Origin: Chiloscyllium plagiosum
Lineage: Eukaryota
Direction: 5' to 3'
Assembly (NCBI RefSeq): GCF_004010195.1
Contig: NC_057752.1
Coordinates: 12,156,923 to 12,220,922, forward strand
DNA: 64,000 nt
The notes under the pieces were generated by a model that was not told where the DNA came from, ran no database searches, and saw only the letters and a list, made by a program, of their open reading frames with translations. Each line of letters opens with the position of its first letter. Position 1 is the stretch's first letter. Both the position numbers and the translations under genes were made by a program. This document shows positions 24,780 to 35,898 of the stretch, piece after piece.

Positions 24780-27040
24780 CATATCAAAATTTGAATCAAT
24801 TAAGGTAGTAACAGCAGAACACTTGGATCTGATCCAGCAGAGTTAGCAATGGCTTTACAATAGGGAAATTGTGTCTGACTAATCTATTAGAGTTTTTCAA
24901 GGAAGTCTCAACCAGATTTGATAGCGGGGAACCAGTAATGTGTTACAGTTGGACTTCCAGAACGCATTCGACAGGTACCTCACTAAACATCAAGTCATAA
25001 AAATAAGAGCCCATATTGTTGGAGGTAGTATATTGGCATGGAAAAAAGGACAGGCCAATGGGTAGGAAACAGTGAGTGGGGATAAGAAGTTCTTTTTCAG
25101 GCTGGCAACCCATGCGCACTGGGGTTCCACAGGGATTCAGTGCTGGGACCACAACTAATATTCATGACTTAGAGGAAAGAAGCAAACGTACTGCAGCCCA
25201 ATTTGCAGATAGAGTCATAGAGATGTACAGCACGGAAACAGACCCTTCGGTCCAATCCGTCCATGCTGACCAGATATTCCAACCCAATCTAGTCCCACCT
25301 GCCAGCACCCGGCCCATATCCCTCCAAACCTTTCCTATTCATATACCCATCCAAATGCCTCTTAAATGTTGCAATTGTACCAGCCTCCACCATTTCCTCT
25401 GGCAGCTCTGACACAAAAATAGGTGAAAAGGCAGGTTGTGAGAGAGATACAAATTGTTTACAGAGAGATATTGATATGTTAAGTAAGTGGACAAAAAGTT
25501 GGCCAATGGAGTGTCATGTGGGAAAATATGAAGTTGTTTGGTTTGGAAGGGAGAACAAAAGAAATTTACAGGGCAGCACAGAGGTTAGCACAGCTGCCTC
25601 ACAGCGCCTAGGACCCAGGTTCGATTTCTGCTTTGGGCGACTGTCTGTGTGGAGTTTGCACATTCTCCTCGTGTTTGCGTGAGTTTCTTCCGGGTTCTTC
25701 GGTTTCCTCCCACAATCCAAAGATTTGCAGGTTGGTTGGATTGCTTATGCTAAATTGCCCAGGGACTTGTATATTAGGTTGATTAGCTTTGGGAAATGCG
25801 TATTACAGGAATAAGTTAATGGGGTGGGATGCTCTTGAAAGGGTTGGTGTGGACGCGATGGGCTAAATGGCTTCCTCCCACATTGTAAGGATTCTATTAA
25901 TAATATTATTTAAATAGAGGAAAACAGCAACACAAAGAGACTTGGGGATATTTGAGCATGAAATACCAAAAACACACGTGCAGCAGGGAATCAGGAAGGC
26001 TTATGGAATGTTGGCCCTTATTCCAAGGGAGTTGGAGTATAAGAGTAGGGAAGTCTTACTGCAACTGTACAAGGTGCTGGTGAGACCACACCTGGAACAC
26101 TGTGAGCAGCTCTGGTCCCTTATTTAAGGAAAGATATCATTTCATTGGAGGCAGTTCAGAGAAGGTTCACTAAGGTGATCCCCAGTATGGAAGGATTGTC
26201 CTATGAGCAAAGGTTAATTGGATTGGGACTCTACTCACTGGAGTTTTGAAGAATGAGAGGCGACTTCATTGAAATATATCGGATTTTTAAGGGGCTTCAC
26301 ACAGTAAATGCTGTGAAGATGATTCCCCTTATGGGAGAGTCTAAGACTAGAAGCCGTAGTCTCAGAATAAATGGGCATCAATTTAAGACTGAGATGAAGA
26401 GGAATTTCTTTGCTCAGAGGGGTGAGTGTCTTTGGAACTTCTTGCCACAGAGAGCTGTGGGGCCAGAGTACTGGTATATATTTAAGGCTCAAATAGATAG
26501 TTTCTTGATCAGTAGAAGATTCAACGGTTATAGGGAAAGAGCAGGAAATGGGACGTGAGGAATGTTGGATCTGCCATGAGTCTGTTGAACGGGGGAGCAG
26601 GTGCCTGAGGGCCAAACAACCTACTCTGGTCCTATTTCTCATGGTCTTATAAAAAGTAGTTGGCCTGAATAATTCCAGTTATGAGCTTGAGTCATAGAGC
26701 TGTACAACATGGTCCAACTTGTCCATGCCGACCAGATATCCTAAATAAATCTAGTCCCATTTGCCAGCACTTGGTCCATATGCCTCTAAACCCTTCATAA
26801 TCATATACCCATCCAGATGCCTTTTATATGTTGCAATTGTACCAGCCTCCACAACTTCCTCTGGCAGCTCATCCCATACAAGTACCACCCTCTGTGTGAA
26901 AACGTTGCACCTTAGATCCTTTTACAATCTTTCCCCTCTCACCTTAAACCTACACCCTCTAGTTTTGGACTCTCCCACACCAGGGAAAAGACCCTGGCTA
27001 TTTACCCTATCCAAGCCTATGATTTTATAAACTGCTATAA
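24780..27040. mobile_element. CR1 (+) with nested CR1 3' ends (-; about 25207-25408 and 26688-27040) and HE1 SINE (+; about 25570-25898)
   Basis: RT motifs GVPQG and VRPHLE; 3'-end sequence matching 1285-1657; V-SINE sequence. Confidence 0.8.
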
Positions 27041-27132
27041 ACGTCCTTCCAGTCTACTCATTTTGGCAAGGCAGTGGTTGTGCAGAATTAACAAAACAAG
27101 AGATTTTTGACTGTGTACAGCACAACCACACA

Positions 27133-27900
27133 TGTAAAAGAAATATTTCCAGATGGGTTCATTCAACTCTGTAGCAGCTTCCTGACTGCTAAAACACAGA
27201 TAGATTGCTAACTTGGCCAAACAACAAGGGATGCTGGGTACATTGGCCAAATAAAATTCTGAAGTCACAAAAGCCACACAGCAGACACACTGTAAACACA
27301 GAAGCCAGTTGCTAATGATATTAGCATAATGTAAAAGGCAACAGTTATTCTGGTCAGACATACCCCCAACAACTTATCCAATAACCGAAGGATAGCTCAG
27401 ACAGAAAGGCACCAGGTCTTGCTACACAGAGAAGCTAACAGCAGCATGCCATTTAAACAATTGACTCTTGTTTTAAACTATTAAGTATATCTCCCTGATT
27501 GGCCAGAACTATAGAAAGTTCCAGAAAACCATCCAAAAGATATAAAAGCAGAGTTCACCTGCAAACCTCTCTCGGAACCGCTCTTGAAATGGTCTGAGAC
27601 CTTCTGAGGAGACTAGCTGACCATCCAGAGAAAGAGGAAGGAAGCAGCTTCGCAGACCCAGAGAGACAGACTGCGCAAATCTATAAGAGACTTGGGAAGT
27701 ATTGTAACCTTAAAGGGCCAAATAGTATTAAAGATTAGTTTAGTATTCAAGATTATTGTAACTTTGTTCCTAATAAAGTTTGGACTGTTTTATATTGGTA
27801 TCAGCCTGTGGTCGCATTGATTTGACTGCTTCGGTCTTGTAGGACACCTGGGCACATGCATTCATAATATTCTGATCAGAGTTGTCTCAGACAGACAACA
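27133..27900 (+). mobile_element. Candidate solo LTR of a second family (about 770 bp)
   Basis: TGT..ACA ends, TATAAAAG near 27541, AATAAA near 27772, flanks acaca/actca. Single copy, so not confirmed. Confidence 0.4.
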
Positions 27901-28409
27901 ACTCAAAGTTACTGAGCTTGAGAACTGGTTGGAAGCACTCTGCACCGTAATGGGAGTGTGGAGACAGGATACCTTCAATACAGACATTATAGGAGGTGGT
28001 CACTCACATGTGGATGGAGAGTAAGAGAAAGGAGGCTGATGGGTGGTAATCTACCAGACCACAAACTCAGCAGGAGGAAATCATGAGCAGCAACACAAAG
28101 TAAGCAATTATTCTAAGATATAACGAAGACAGAATAAATGTTTGTTGCAGATATATAATAATAGAGGTCAATTCAACTGTGAGAGAATCTCAGAAAGACA
28201 GCATTCTTACTATTTCACACTTTCCTGGTCAGCCTCCCATCATACAGCATCCATAAACTTCAGCTGACCTGAAACCCTCCTCCCTGTATCCTTACTCATT
28301 GCCCACCCAGCACTCTGTATTCACTGATCTATATTGGCAGCTGATCCAGCAAGGCAATGATTTTGAAATTTTCATCCTTTTATTCCAGTCTCTCCACAGC
28401 CTTGCACTT

Positions 28410-30692
28410 AGATCTCTCAGTCGGAGAGCATTTCAGGAACAGTGACCACAACTGCCTCACCTTTACCATAGCCGTGGAAAGGGATAGGAACAGACAGTAT
28501 GGGAAGGTATTTAATTGGGGGAGGGGAAATTATACTGCTGTTAGACAGGAGCTGTGGAGTATAAGTTGGGAACAATTGCTCTGCAGGAAATGCACAACAG
28601 AAACGGGGAGAACTGTTTAAGGAGAACTTGTTGAGAGTGTTGGATAACTTTGTCCCACTGAGAGGCAAGGAATGGTAAGGTGAAGGAGCTTTGGATGACA
28701 AAAGCAGAAGAGCTTCTCGTCAAGAGGAAGAAGGAAGCTTACTTAAGGTTGAGGAAGCAAGGATCTAGTACAGCTTTAGATGAATACAGAGTAGCTAGGA
28801 AAGAACTTAAAGATGGACTGAGAAGAGCATGGGGCGAGACACGAAAAAACTTGCGGGGGCGGGGGGGGCAAGGATTAGGGAAAACCCAAAGGCCACATGT
28901 ACATGAGGAATAAGAGAATGATCAAAGAGAGGGCAGGGCCAATCAGGGACAGAGGAGGGAACTTGTGCCTGGAGTCTGAAGAGGTAGGGGAGGCCCTAAA
29001 TGTGTTTTTTTGCCTCAGTATTCACGAGAGAGAGGGACCTTGTTGATAGTGAGAACATCGTTGAGTAGGTTAATAGTCTTGAACAGATTGATATTAAAGA
29101 AGTGGATGTGCTGGGAATTCTGAGAAGCATCACAATAGATAAGTCCCCAGGGCCGGACCAGATATATCCAAGGTGACTACAGGAAGCGAGGGATGAGATT
29201 GCTGTGCCTCTGGCAATAATCTTTGCATCCTCACTCTCCACGGGAGTAGTACGGGATGATTGGAGAGAAGTGAATGTTGTTCCTCTGTTCAAGAAAGGGA
29301 ATAGGGAAACCCCTGGCAATTACAGACCAGTCAGTCTTACATCTATGGTAAGCAAGGTACTGGAAAGGATTCTGAGGGAAAGGATTTATGACTATTTGGA
29401 AAAATATAGTTTGATTAAAGATAGTTAGCATGTCTTTGTGAGGGGCAGGTCATGCCTTACAAGCCTGAGTTCTTTGAGGATGTTACGAGACAAGGGGATG
29501 AAGGTTGAGCAGTGGATGTGGTGTAAATGGGCTTCAGTAAGGTATTTGATAATGCTCCCCACAGTAGGTTCATCCAGAAAGTTAGGAGGTATGGGATACA
29601 GGGAAATTTGGCTGTCTGGATACAGAATTTGCTGGGCGAAAGAAGACAGTGAGTGGTAGTGGATGGAAAGTATTCCGCCTGGAGGTCGGTGTCCAGTGGT
29701 GTCCCGCAGGGATCTGCTCTTGGGCCTCTGCTCTTTGTAGTTTTTATAAATGACTTGGATGAAGAAGTGGAAGGGTGTGTTAGTAAATTTGCCAATGACA
29801 CAAAGGTCAGTGGCGTTGTAGATAGTGTTGAGGGCGGTTACAGGCTACAACAAGACATTGACAGGATGCAGAGCTGGGCTGAGAAGTGGCAGATGCAGCT
29901 CAACCTGGATAAATGCGAAGTGATTAATTTTGGGAAGGTCAAATTTGAATGCTGAATACAGGATTAAAGACAGGATTCTAGGCAGTGTGGAGGAACAACA
30001 GGATGTTGGGGTCCACATACATAGATCACTCAAAGTTGCCACCCAAGTTAATAGGGTTATTAAGAAGGCGTATGGTGTGTTGGCTTTCACTAACAGGGGG
30101 ATTGAGTTTAAGACCCGCAAGGTTATGCTGCAGCTCTAATAAAACCCTGGTTAGACCACACTTGGAATATTGTATTCAGTTCTGGTCGCCTCTTTATAGG
30201 AAGGATGTAGATGCTTTACAGAGGGTAGAGAGGAGATTTACCAGGACGCTGCGTGGATTGGAGGGCTTGTCGTATGAAGAGAGGTTGAGGGAGTTAGGGC
30301 TTTTCACACTGGAGAGAAGGAAGAGAGCTGAGTTGATGGAGGTGTACAAGGTAATGAGAGGCATAAATAGAGTAGATAGTCAAAGACTTTTCCCCAGGGC
30401 AGAAATGGCTGTCACGAGGGGTCATAACTTTAAGGTGATTGGAGCAAGGTTTTGGGGAGATGTCAGAGGTAGGTTCTTTATGCAGAGAGTGGTGGGTGTG
30501 TGGAATGCACAGCCAGCGGTGGTAGTAGAGTCAGAGACGTTCGGGACATTTAAGCAACTGCTGGACAAGCACATGGACGGCAGTAAATTGAGGCGTGTGT
30601 AGGTTAGGTTGATCTTCGAGTAGGATAAATGCTCAGTACAACATTGTGGGCCAAAGGACCTTTACAGTTCTGTGCTGTTCTATATTCTATAT
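28410..30692 (+). mobile_element. 5'-truncated CR1 (end of APE through RT and 3' tail)
   Basis: NSDHN, PGNYRPVSLTS, GVPQGSALGPLLF, KFANDTK, VRPHLEYC. Confidence 0.9.
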
Positions 30693-31890
30693 CTATAACA
30701 TCATTCAGTCCCAAATCCTATGAAATCCTTCTGCTCCACCAATTCTGGTTTCTTGCATATCCCAAATTTAATCACCCTACCTTCATTGGCACGGGCCCTC
30801 AGCTCTGGAATTCCCTAAACCTCTTTACCTCTCACTTTCTTTAAGAAGCTCCTTAAAAGATACCCATGACCAGCTTTTTGTCTTCTGCCCTGATATCTCT
30901 TTTGGTGGTTTGATATTTCAATTCTGTTTGAGAATGCTTCTGTGAAGTGCCTTCAAACACCTTTTTGTGAATGCATGATATAAACACAATTTGTTCTTAA
31001 TATTGCCTGTCAAATCAGATCCAAATCAGGCAGTGAGACAGAAACAAAAACATTTTTTATAAAGAAAAGCCAGCCTGTTTAGACAAGTTACAACACCTCT
31101 CTGAGGCCATGGCATCCTCAGGGATGCTACCATCGCGCCACCAGACCCACAAGAGACCCTTTCTTAAATTTGAAAGCAAGCTGTTTGGATACTTTATGAT
31201 GCACCTCTGCAGCAGGTGGGACTTCAACCTGGAGCTTCTGGTCCAGATGTAGGGACAGTTCAGCCCTCAGGATTGGGTGATGAGCTCCCTCAGACCCACT
31301 TCAATATGAGAGGGTAAACAGTTCAAGATCCAGCCTTCAGGTATCTCTGAAAATGAAACTAAAACCGGACTAAACTACTAAAGTGAAGAAAAAAACTGAG
31401 GTAAAAGGGCCACGAATCCCCAACATATAGATACCCATTCCCTACTGGAAAATGAAGAACTTTGTGCAGAAAGTACACTCCCAGATTTTTATTCTCAAGT
31501 GAATGAGTACACGGGGAAAAGGAAGAATAAATGCAATGAAATCCATATGAATTCATTCATATTAGTTTACAAAATCATTACTCATAGCATGGTCAAACAA
31601 AACTTGAGTGTTGCTGGAAAAAGACACATTTTATCCAAGCTTTCTGTCTTAAATTCATTTCGCAAGAATATATATTCAAGGGGAAACCAAATATTTATAC
31701 TGCCTGAGTGTGTTGATTGGTTGGCAGGTGGACTCTGATTGGTAAAAAGATTTGCCATAGGGAATGCATCCACTAATGCTGACTAACATTTAACAGCCAG
31801 GTTTTGTGAATATTACAAAAAAAAGGCATGTGGCCTCTGATTGGTCAGGACATTACCCTGAGAAATGAACCAGTGAAAGGCTGTTGTGAT

Positions 31891-32043
31891 TGTAACGAGG
31901 CCAGCCAGATGGAACTCACAAAATATGAGTTCTCTGATTGCGGCTATTCACCTGATGCAATCAGGGAGCCCTGGCTGACAGATATAAACTGAAATGTCAG
32001 AGGTTCTGTTCACTCTGAGAGCTGGAGCAGTGTCCAGGACTCT
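31891..32043 (+). mobile_element. 5' part of short Gypsy-type LTR heading a retroelement array
   Basis: Starts TGTAACGAGG, aligns to 58588-58808; TATAAA at 31983-31988. Confidence 0.8.
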
Positions 32044-33999
32044 CAAATTTGTGTTAGAGAGGGGGACTGACTCCAAGCTGACTGCCCACATCCAGTTTTT
32101 GGATTAGTGGTGCTGGAAGAGCACAGCAGTTCAGGCAGCATCCGAGGAGCAGCAAAATCGACGTTTCGGGCAAAAGCCCTTCATCAGGAATAAAGGCAGA
32201 GAGCCTGAAGCGTGGAGAGATAAGCTAGAGGACGGTGGGGGTGGGTAAAATGTAGCATGGAGTACAATGGGTGAGTGGGGGAGCGGGGATGAAGGTGAGT
32301 ACGCTCCTGTTGGTTTCTGGAGGAAATCTGATTCCTGAACTGGCTGAACCATATAGCCAGTTTATTAACTGGCATTCCTTTTTATTGAGGACTGACTTCT
32401 AAACTGATTTAAACAGTCAGTGTTACAGGTGTAACTCTGTTCTCATTAGGGGATTGTTGTTTCACTGGCTGGTTACAGCCTGTGTGTTACTCCTTTCTCT
32501 CCTTTTTACTTTTGAAAAAAGGACAATGTGGATTTTATGGTAGGGCTTAGCCCTTGGACTCTAGTTTCCTTTGTTTTTTTGTATGTGTCTTCATTGTTTT
32601 TGGTGTTTAGACTGAGCCCTTGTGGAAGACATACATTTTACCAGGGGAGCTGTTCCTGTGGGGAGGCCGAGCCCTGGGACTGGGCCTCTGAAGATTGAAC
32701 ACCTGTCTGTGTACTGGGAGGTGAGCACTTGCTGTATCCTGGAGTTTTGGGGAAGATTTTGCCTTCAGGAGTGGACCAAAAACCCCTGTGTTAACTGCAC
32801 CTTTAAAATGTACTGTTCCTGTGAGTGGCCCTGGCTCTCCAAAGATGTGCCAGGACTCTATGGAGGCTGAACACCTGTGTGCTGTGGGGTGTGCATTTGC
32901 TGCCTTTGGGAGCGGACTCTGCAGTTTGGAGTGGACTCCATTTTGGACAATGCATGCTGTAAACTGGAGTGGACTCTGTTCCTGAGAATGGACTCTGTAT
33001 TCTAAAGACTCTATATCTGGATTCTGTGAGTACCAGAAAGGACTCTGTGTTTTTTGATAATTAACTGTATCGCATTGTTTGTTGCGTCTACCACCTGCAC
33101 TGTCTCGCATGCCCCTCGGTCTGGCAGGCCTTACTGTGAGCTGGGGAGCTCATGGGTCGTCCTGAAAGCTGTCACCCCGAGAGCCGGAGGGTGGGTAGGT
33201 CATCCTGTGAACCTGAAGGTTGGTAGGCTGTCCCAAAAGCCGGAGGGTGGGTAGGCCACCCTGATGCCAGTTGCCCCGAGAGCCAGATGGTGGGTAGGCC
33301 GTTCTGAGCGCTGTCGTCCCGAGAAGGGGTGATCAGGACGGGCTGTCCTAGAGGTGGTCGGAAGGTGTGTCAGGGTGGTCCACTGGCCAGACGGCACATC
33401 GGGGTGGGTGAGAGCCCAATGGTACATAGGGGCAGACCGAGAGCCAAAGGTGGGTAGCTGTCCTCAGTGCTGTCACCCCGGGCAGGTACCGGGGCGGGCT
33501 GCCCCAGAGGTGGTCGAAAGCTGCTGAGGGTGGTTAGTGAAGCCGGAAGGTGGGTAGGCCGTCCTGACCACTGTCACCCCGGGCGCGTACCGGGGTGGGC
33601 TGTCCTAGAGGCAGTCGGAAGGTGTGTCAGGGCGGACCGAGAACTGGAAGGGGCATGGGGTGGACCGAGAGCCGGAAGATGTGTAGGAGTGGGCTGCCAT
33701 AGAGTGGTCGGAAGGTGGGAGGGACGGGGGCTTGCTGGGTGTGTATTGTATGCAGTTTGTTTTGTGACTGGATTGTCTTTTTATGTACAAATGCCATTGT
33801 TGCTGTCTTGTCATGCTTGAAACTGGGATTTGGGGTTTGTCCTCATTTCCCTGTAAACTGGTTGAACGGTACACAGTTTGGGGCATGGTTTTGCTGCTCC
33901 TCTCCCTTGTAGAATTGCTGTCTCTTGTATACAGCTGTAAATCTTGACTGTTTATATAAACTGTTTTGTAATTGTTTAATAAAATTTAAAAAACAAAAT
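32044..33999 (+). mobile_element. Non-coding non-autonomous element, array unit 1 (contains Penelope piece about 32096-32297 and GC-rich degenerate repeats about 33160-33720)
   Basis: 5' and 3' regions homologous to unit 2; ends in AATAAA plus A-rich tail; flanked by a 59-bp direct repeat of LTR sequence. Confidence 0.7.
32160..32187 (-). ncRNA. Minimal hammerhead ribozyme motif in Penelope repeat
   Basis: Minus strand reads CTGATGA-a-GGGC-tttt-GCCC-GAAA-CGTC. Confidence 0.6.
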
Positions 34000-34058
34000 T
34001 AAACTGAAATTTCAGAGGGTCTGTTCACTCTGAGAGCTGGAGCAGTGTCCAGAACTCT

Positions 34059-35826
34059 CAAATTTGTGTTAGAGAGGGGGACTGACTCCAAGCTGACTGC
34101 CCACATCCAGTGTGTACCGCTCCTGTTGGTTTCTGGAGGAAACCTGATTCCTGAACTGGCTGAACCATATAGCCAGTTTATTAACTGGCATTCCTTTTTA
34201 TTGAGGACTGACTTCTAAACTGATTTAAACAGTCAGTGTTACAGGTGTAACTCCGTTCTCATTAGTTACTCTTTTCCCTTCTCCTTTGAGAAAAGGATAA
34301 TGTTGATTTTGTGGCAGGGCTTAGCCCATGCACTCTGGTTTTCTTAGTTTCGAAGGTGTTTTCACTTTTTTGGCGTTTGGACTGGGCCTCTCTGAAAATA
34401 CGCCTTTCCAGATGAGCTGTTCCTGTATGGTTAGGCCTCTGTAAAGACTGAATATCTGTGTGTGCAGGGAGGTGAGCAATTGCTGCCTTTGCGAATGGAC
34501 CAAACCCTTGTGAGTTAACTACGCCTTTACAGTGTACTGAGTTCCTGGGAGTGGGCCTGGTTCACCAAGGATGGGCCAGGACTCCATGGAGACTGAACAC
34601 CTGTATGTGCTGCAGGGAGTGCATTCGCTGCCTTCGGATGTGGACTCTGTCTTGGTACTGGAAACTGTATTGCGAGGGCTTTGTGAATTCTGTTAATCTA
34701 TGTGGATTTTGTAATTAATTGTGTTCAAGTGCAGGCCAGAGTGGGCTGGTCAGTACGTGGAGTGGCTGGGAGCTGGAGGGTTGATGACCAGCCTTGGGGA
34801 AAGCAGGCTGGGGTGGAGGTGTCTGTTAGCACGCAGGGTGGCTGGTGGCTAGGCAGCCAAAAGCGTGCCTGTAGGAAAGCTGGGCAGGGGTGTGGCAGCC
34901 AATACACAGGCTGGCTGGAGGCCAAAGGGTTGATGACCAGCCTGGAGGAAAGCAGGCCAGGAGGAGCCTGTCGGTATGTGGGGTGGGCGGGGCAAGGCAA
35001 CTGATAGCATCCTCTCAGGAAAGCTGGTATACGGCAGGCTGGTCAATATGTGGGGAGGTTGAGCCAAGCAGCAGACGGCAGCCTGTAGGAAGGCCGACCG
35101 AGGGAGGACTGGTCAGTGCACAAGGTGGCTGGGAGTTAGACAGCCAATAGCCGGTCTGAAGGTACGCTGGCCCGGAGAAAGGGTCAGTCAGTACACAGGG
35201 AGGCCGGGTGCTGTAAGACCAACAGGCTGACTGTACAAAAGCAAGTCGGGGTGTTTTGGTTAGTATGTGGGGTGACCAGGAGCCAGTGACTGATGACTAT
35301 GCCGAAAGAAAGTTGGCTGGGGAGGGTCAGTCTGTAAGCAGGGCGGCCAGAGACAGAGGCTGACAAACAGCTCGTAGGAAAGCGACCTGGGGTAGTCCGG
35401 TCAGCAGGCGAGATGACGGGGAGCTGGGTGGTTAATCGACCAGCCTGGAGAAAAGTGGGCCTGGGGAGGGTCAGTCAGTTCGCAGGGCGGCCAGAGACCT
35501 GAAGGCTGACAACTGTCCTGCAGGAAGGCTAGCCAAGGATGGTCTGATCAGTATGTGGTGTGGACCGGTGTCCGGTATCTTTATTTTAGCTATATTGGGT
35601 CTGTGCTCTATGTACTGTTTGTCTTTTGATTGCACTGTCTTGTCTGTGTTTGTTACTGTTACCTTTGACTGAAAGTGGAACTTGAGGTTTGTCCTCATCT
35701 CCTTGAAAACTGGTTGAATGGTGGGGTTTGGCTTTGCGGCCCCTTCCGTGTATATAGTGGGATTTTTGTGAACTGCTGCTTTTGGTTTATTGTTAACTGT
35801 ATTTTGTACTGTTTAATAAAATAAAA
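34059..35826 (+). mobile_element. Non-coding non-autonomous element, array unit 2
   Basis: Same 5' start caaatttgtgttagagagggggactgactcc as unit 1, shared 3' motif gtttgtcctcat..aaactggttgaa, AATAAA/A tail; different central GC-rich repeat. Confidence 0.7.
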
Positions 35827-35898
35827 ATAAACCGAAGTGTCAGTGGTTCTGCTCACTCAGTTGGCTCTGAGTGAGCTGGTTCAGTGTCCAAGACACAC

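Noticed and set aside
32607..35698. GC-rich ORFs of 70-170 aa as novel proteins
   Set aside because: They arise from low-complexity degenerate repeats and are not conserved between the homologous units.
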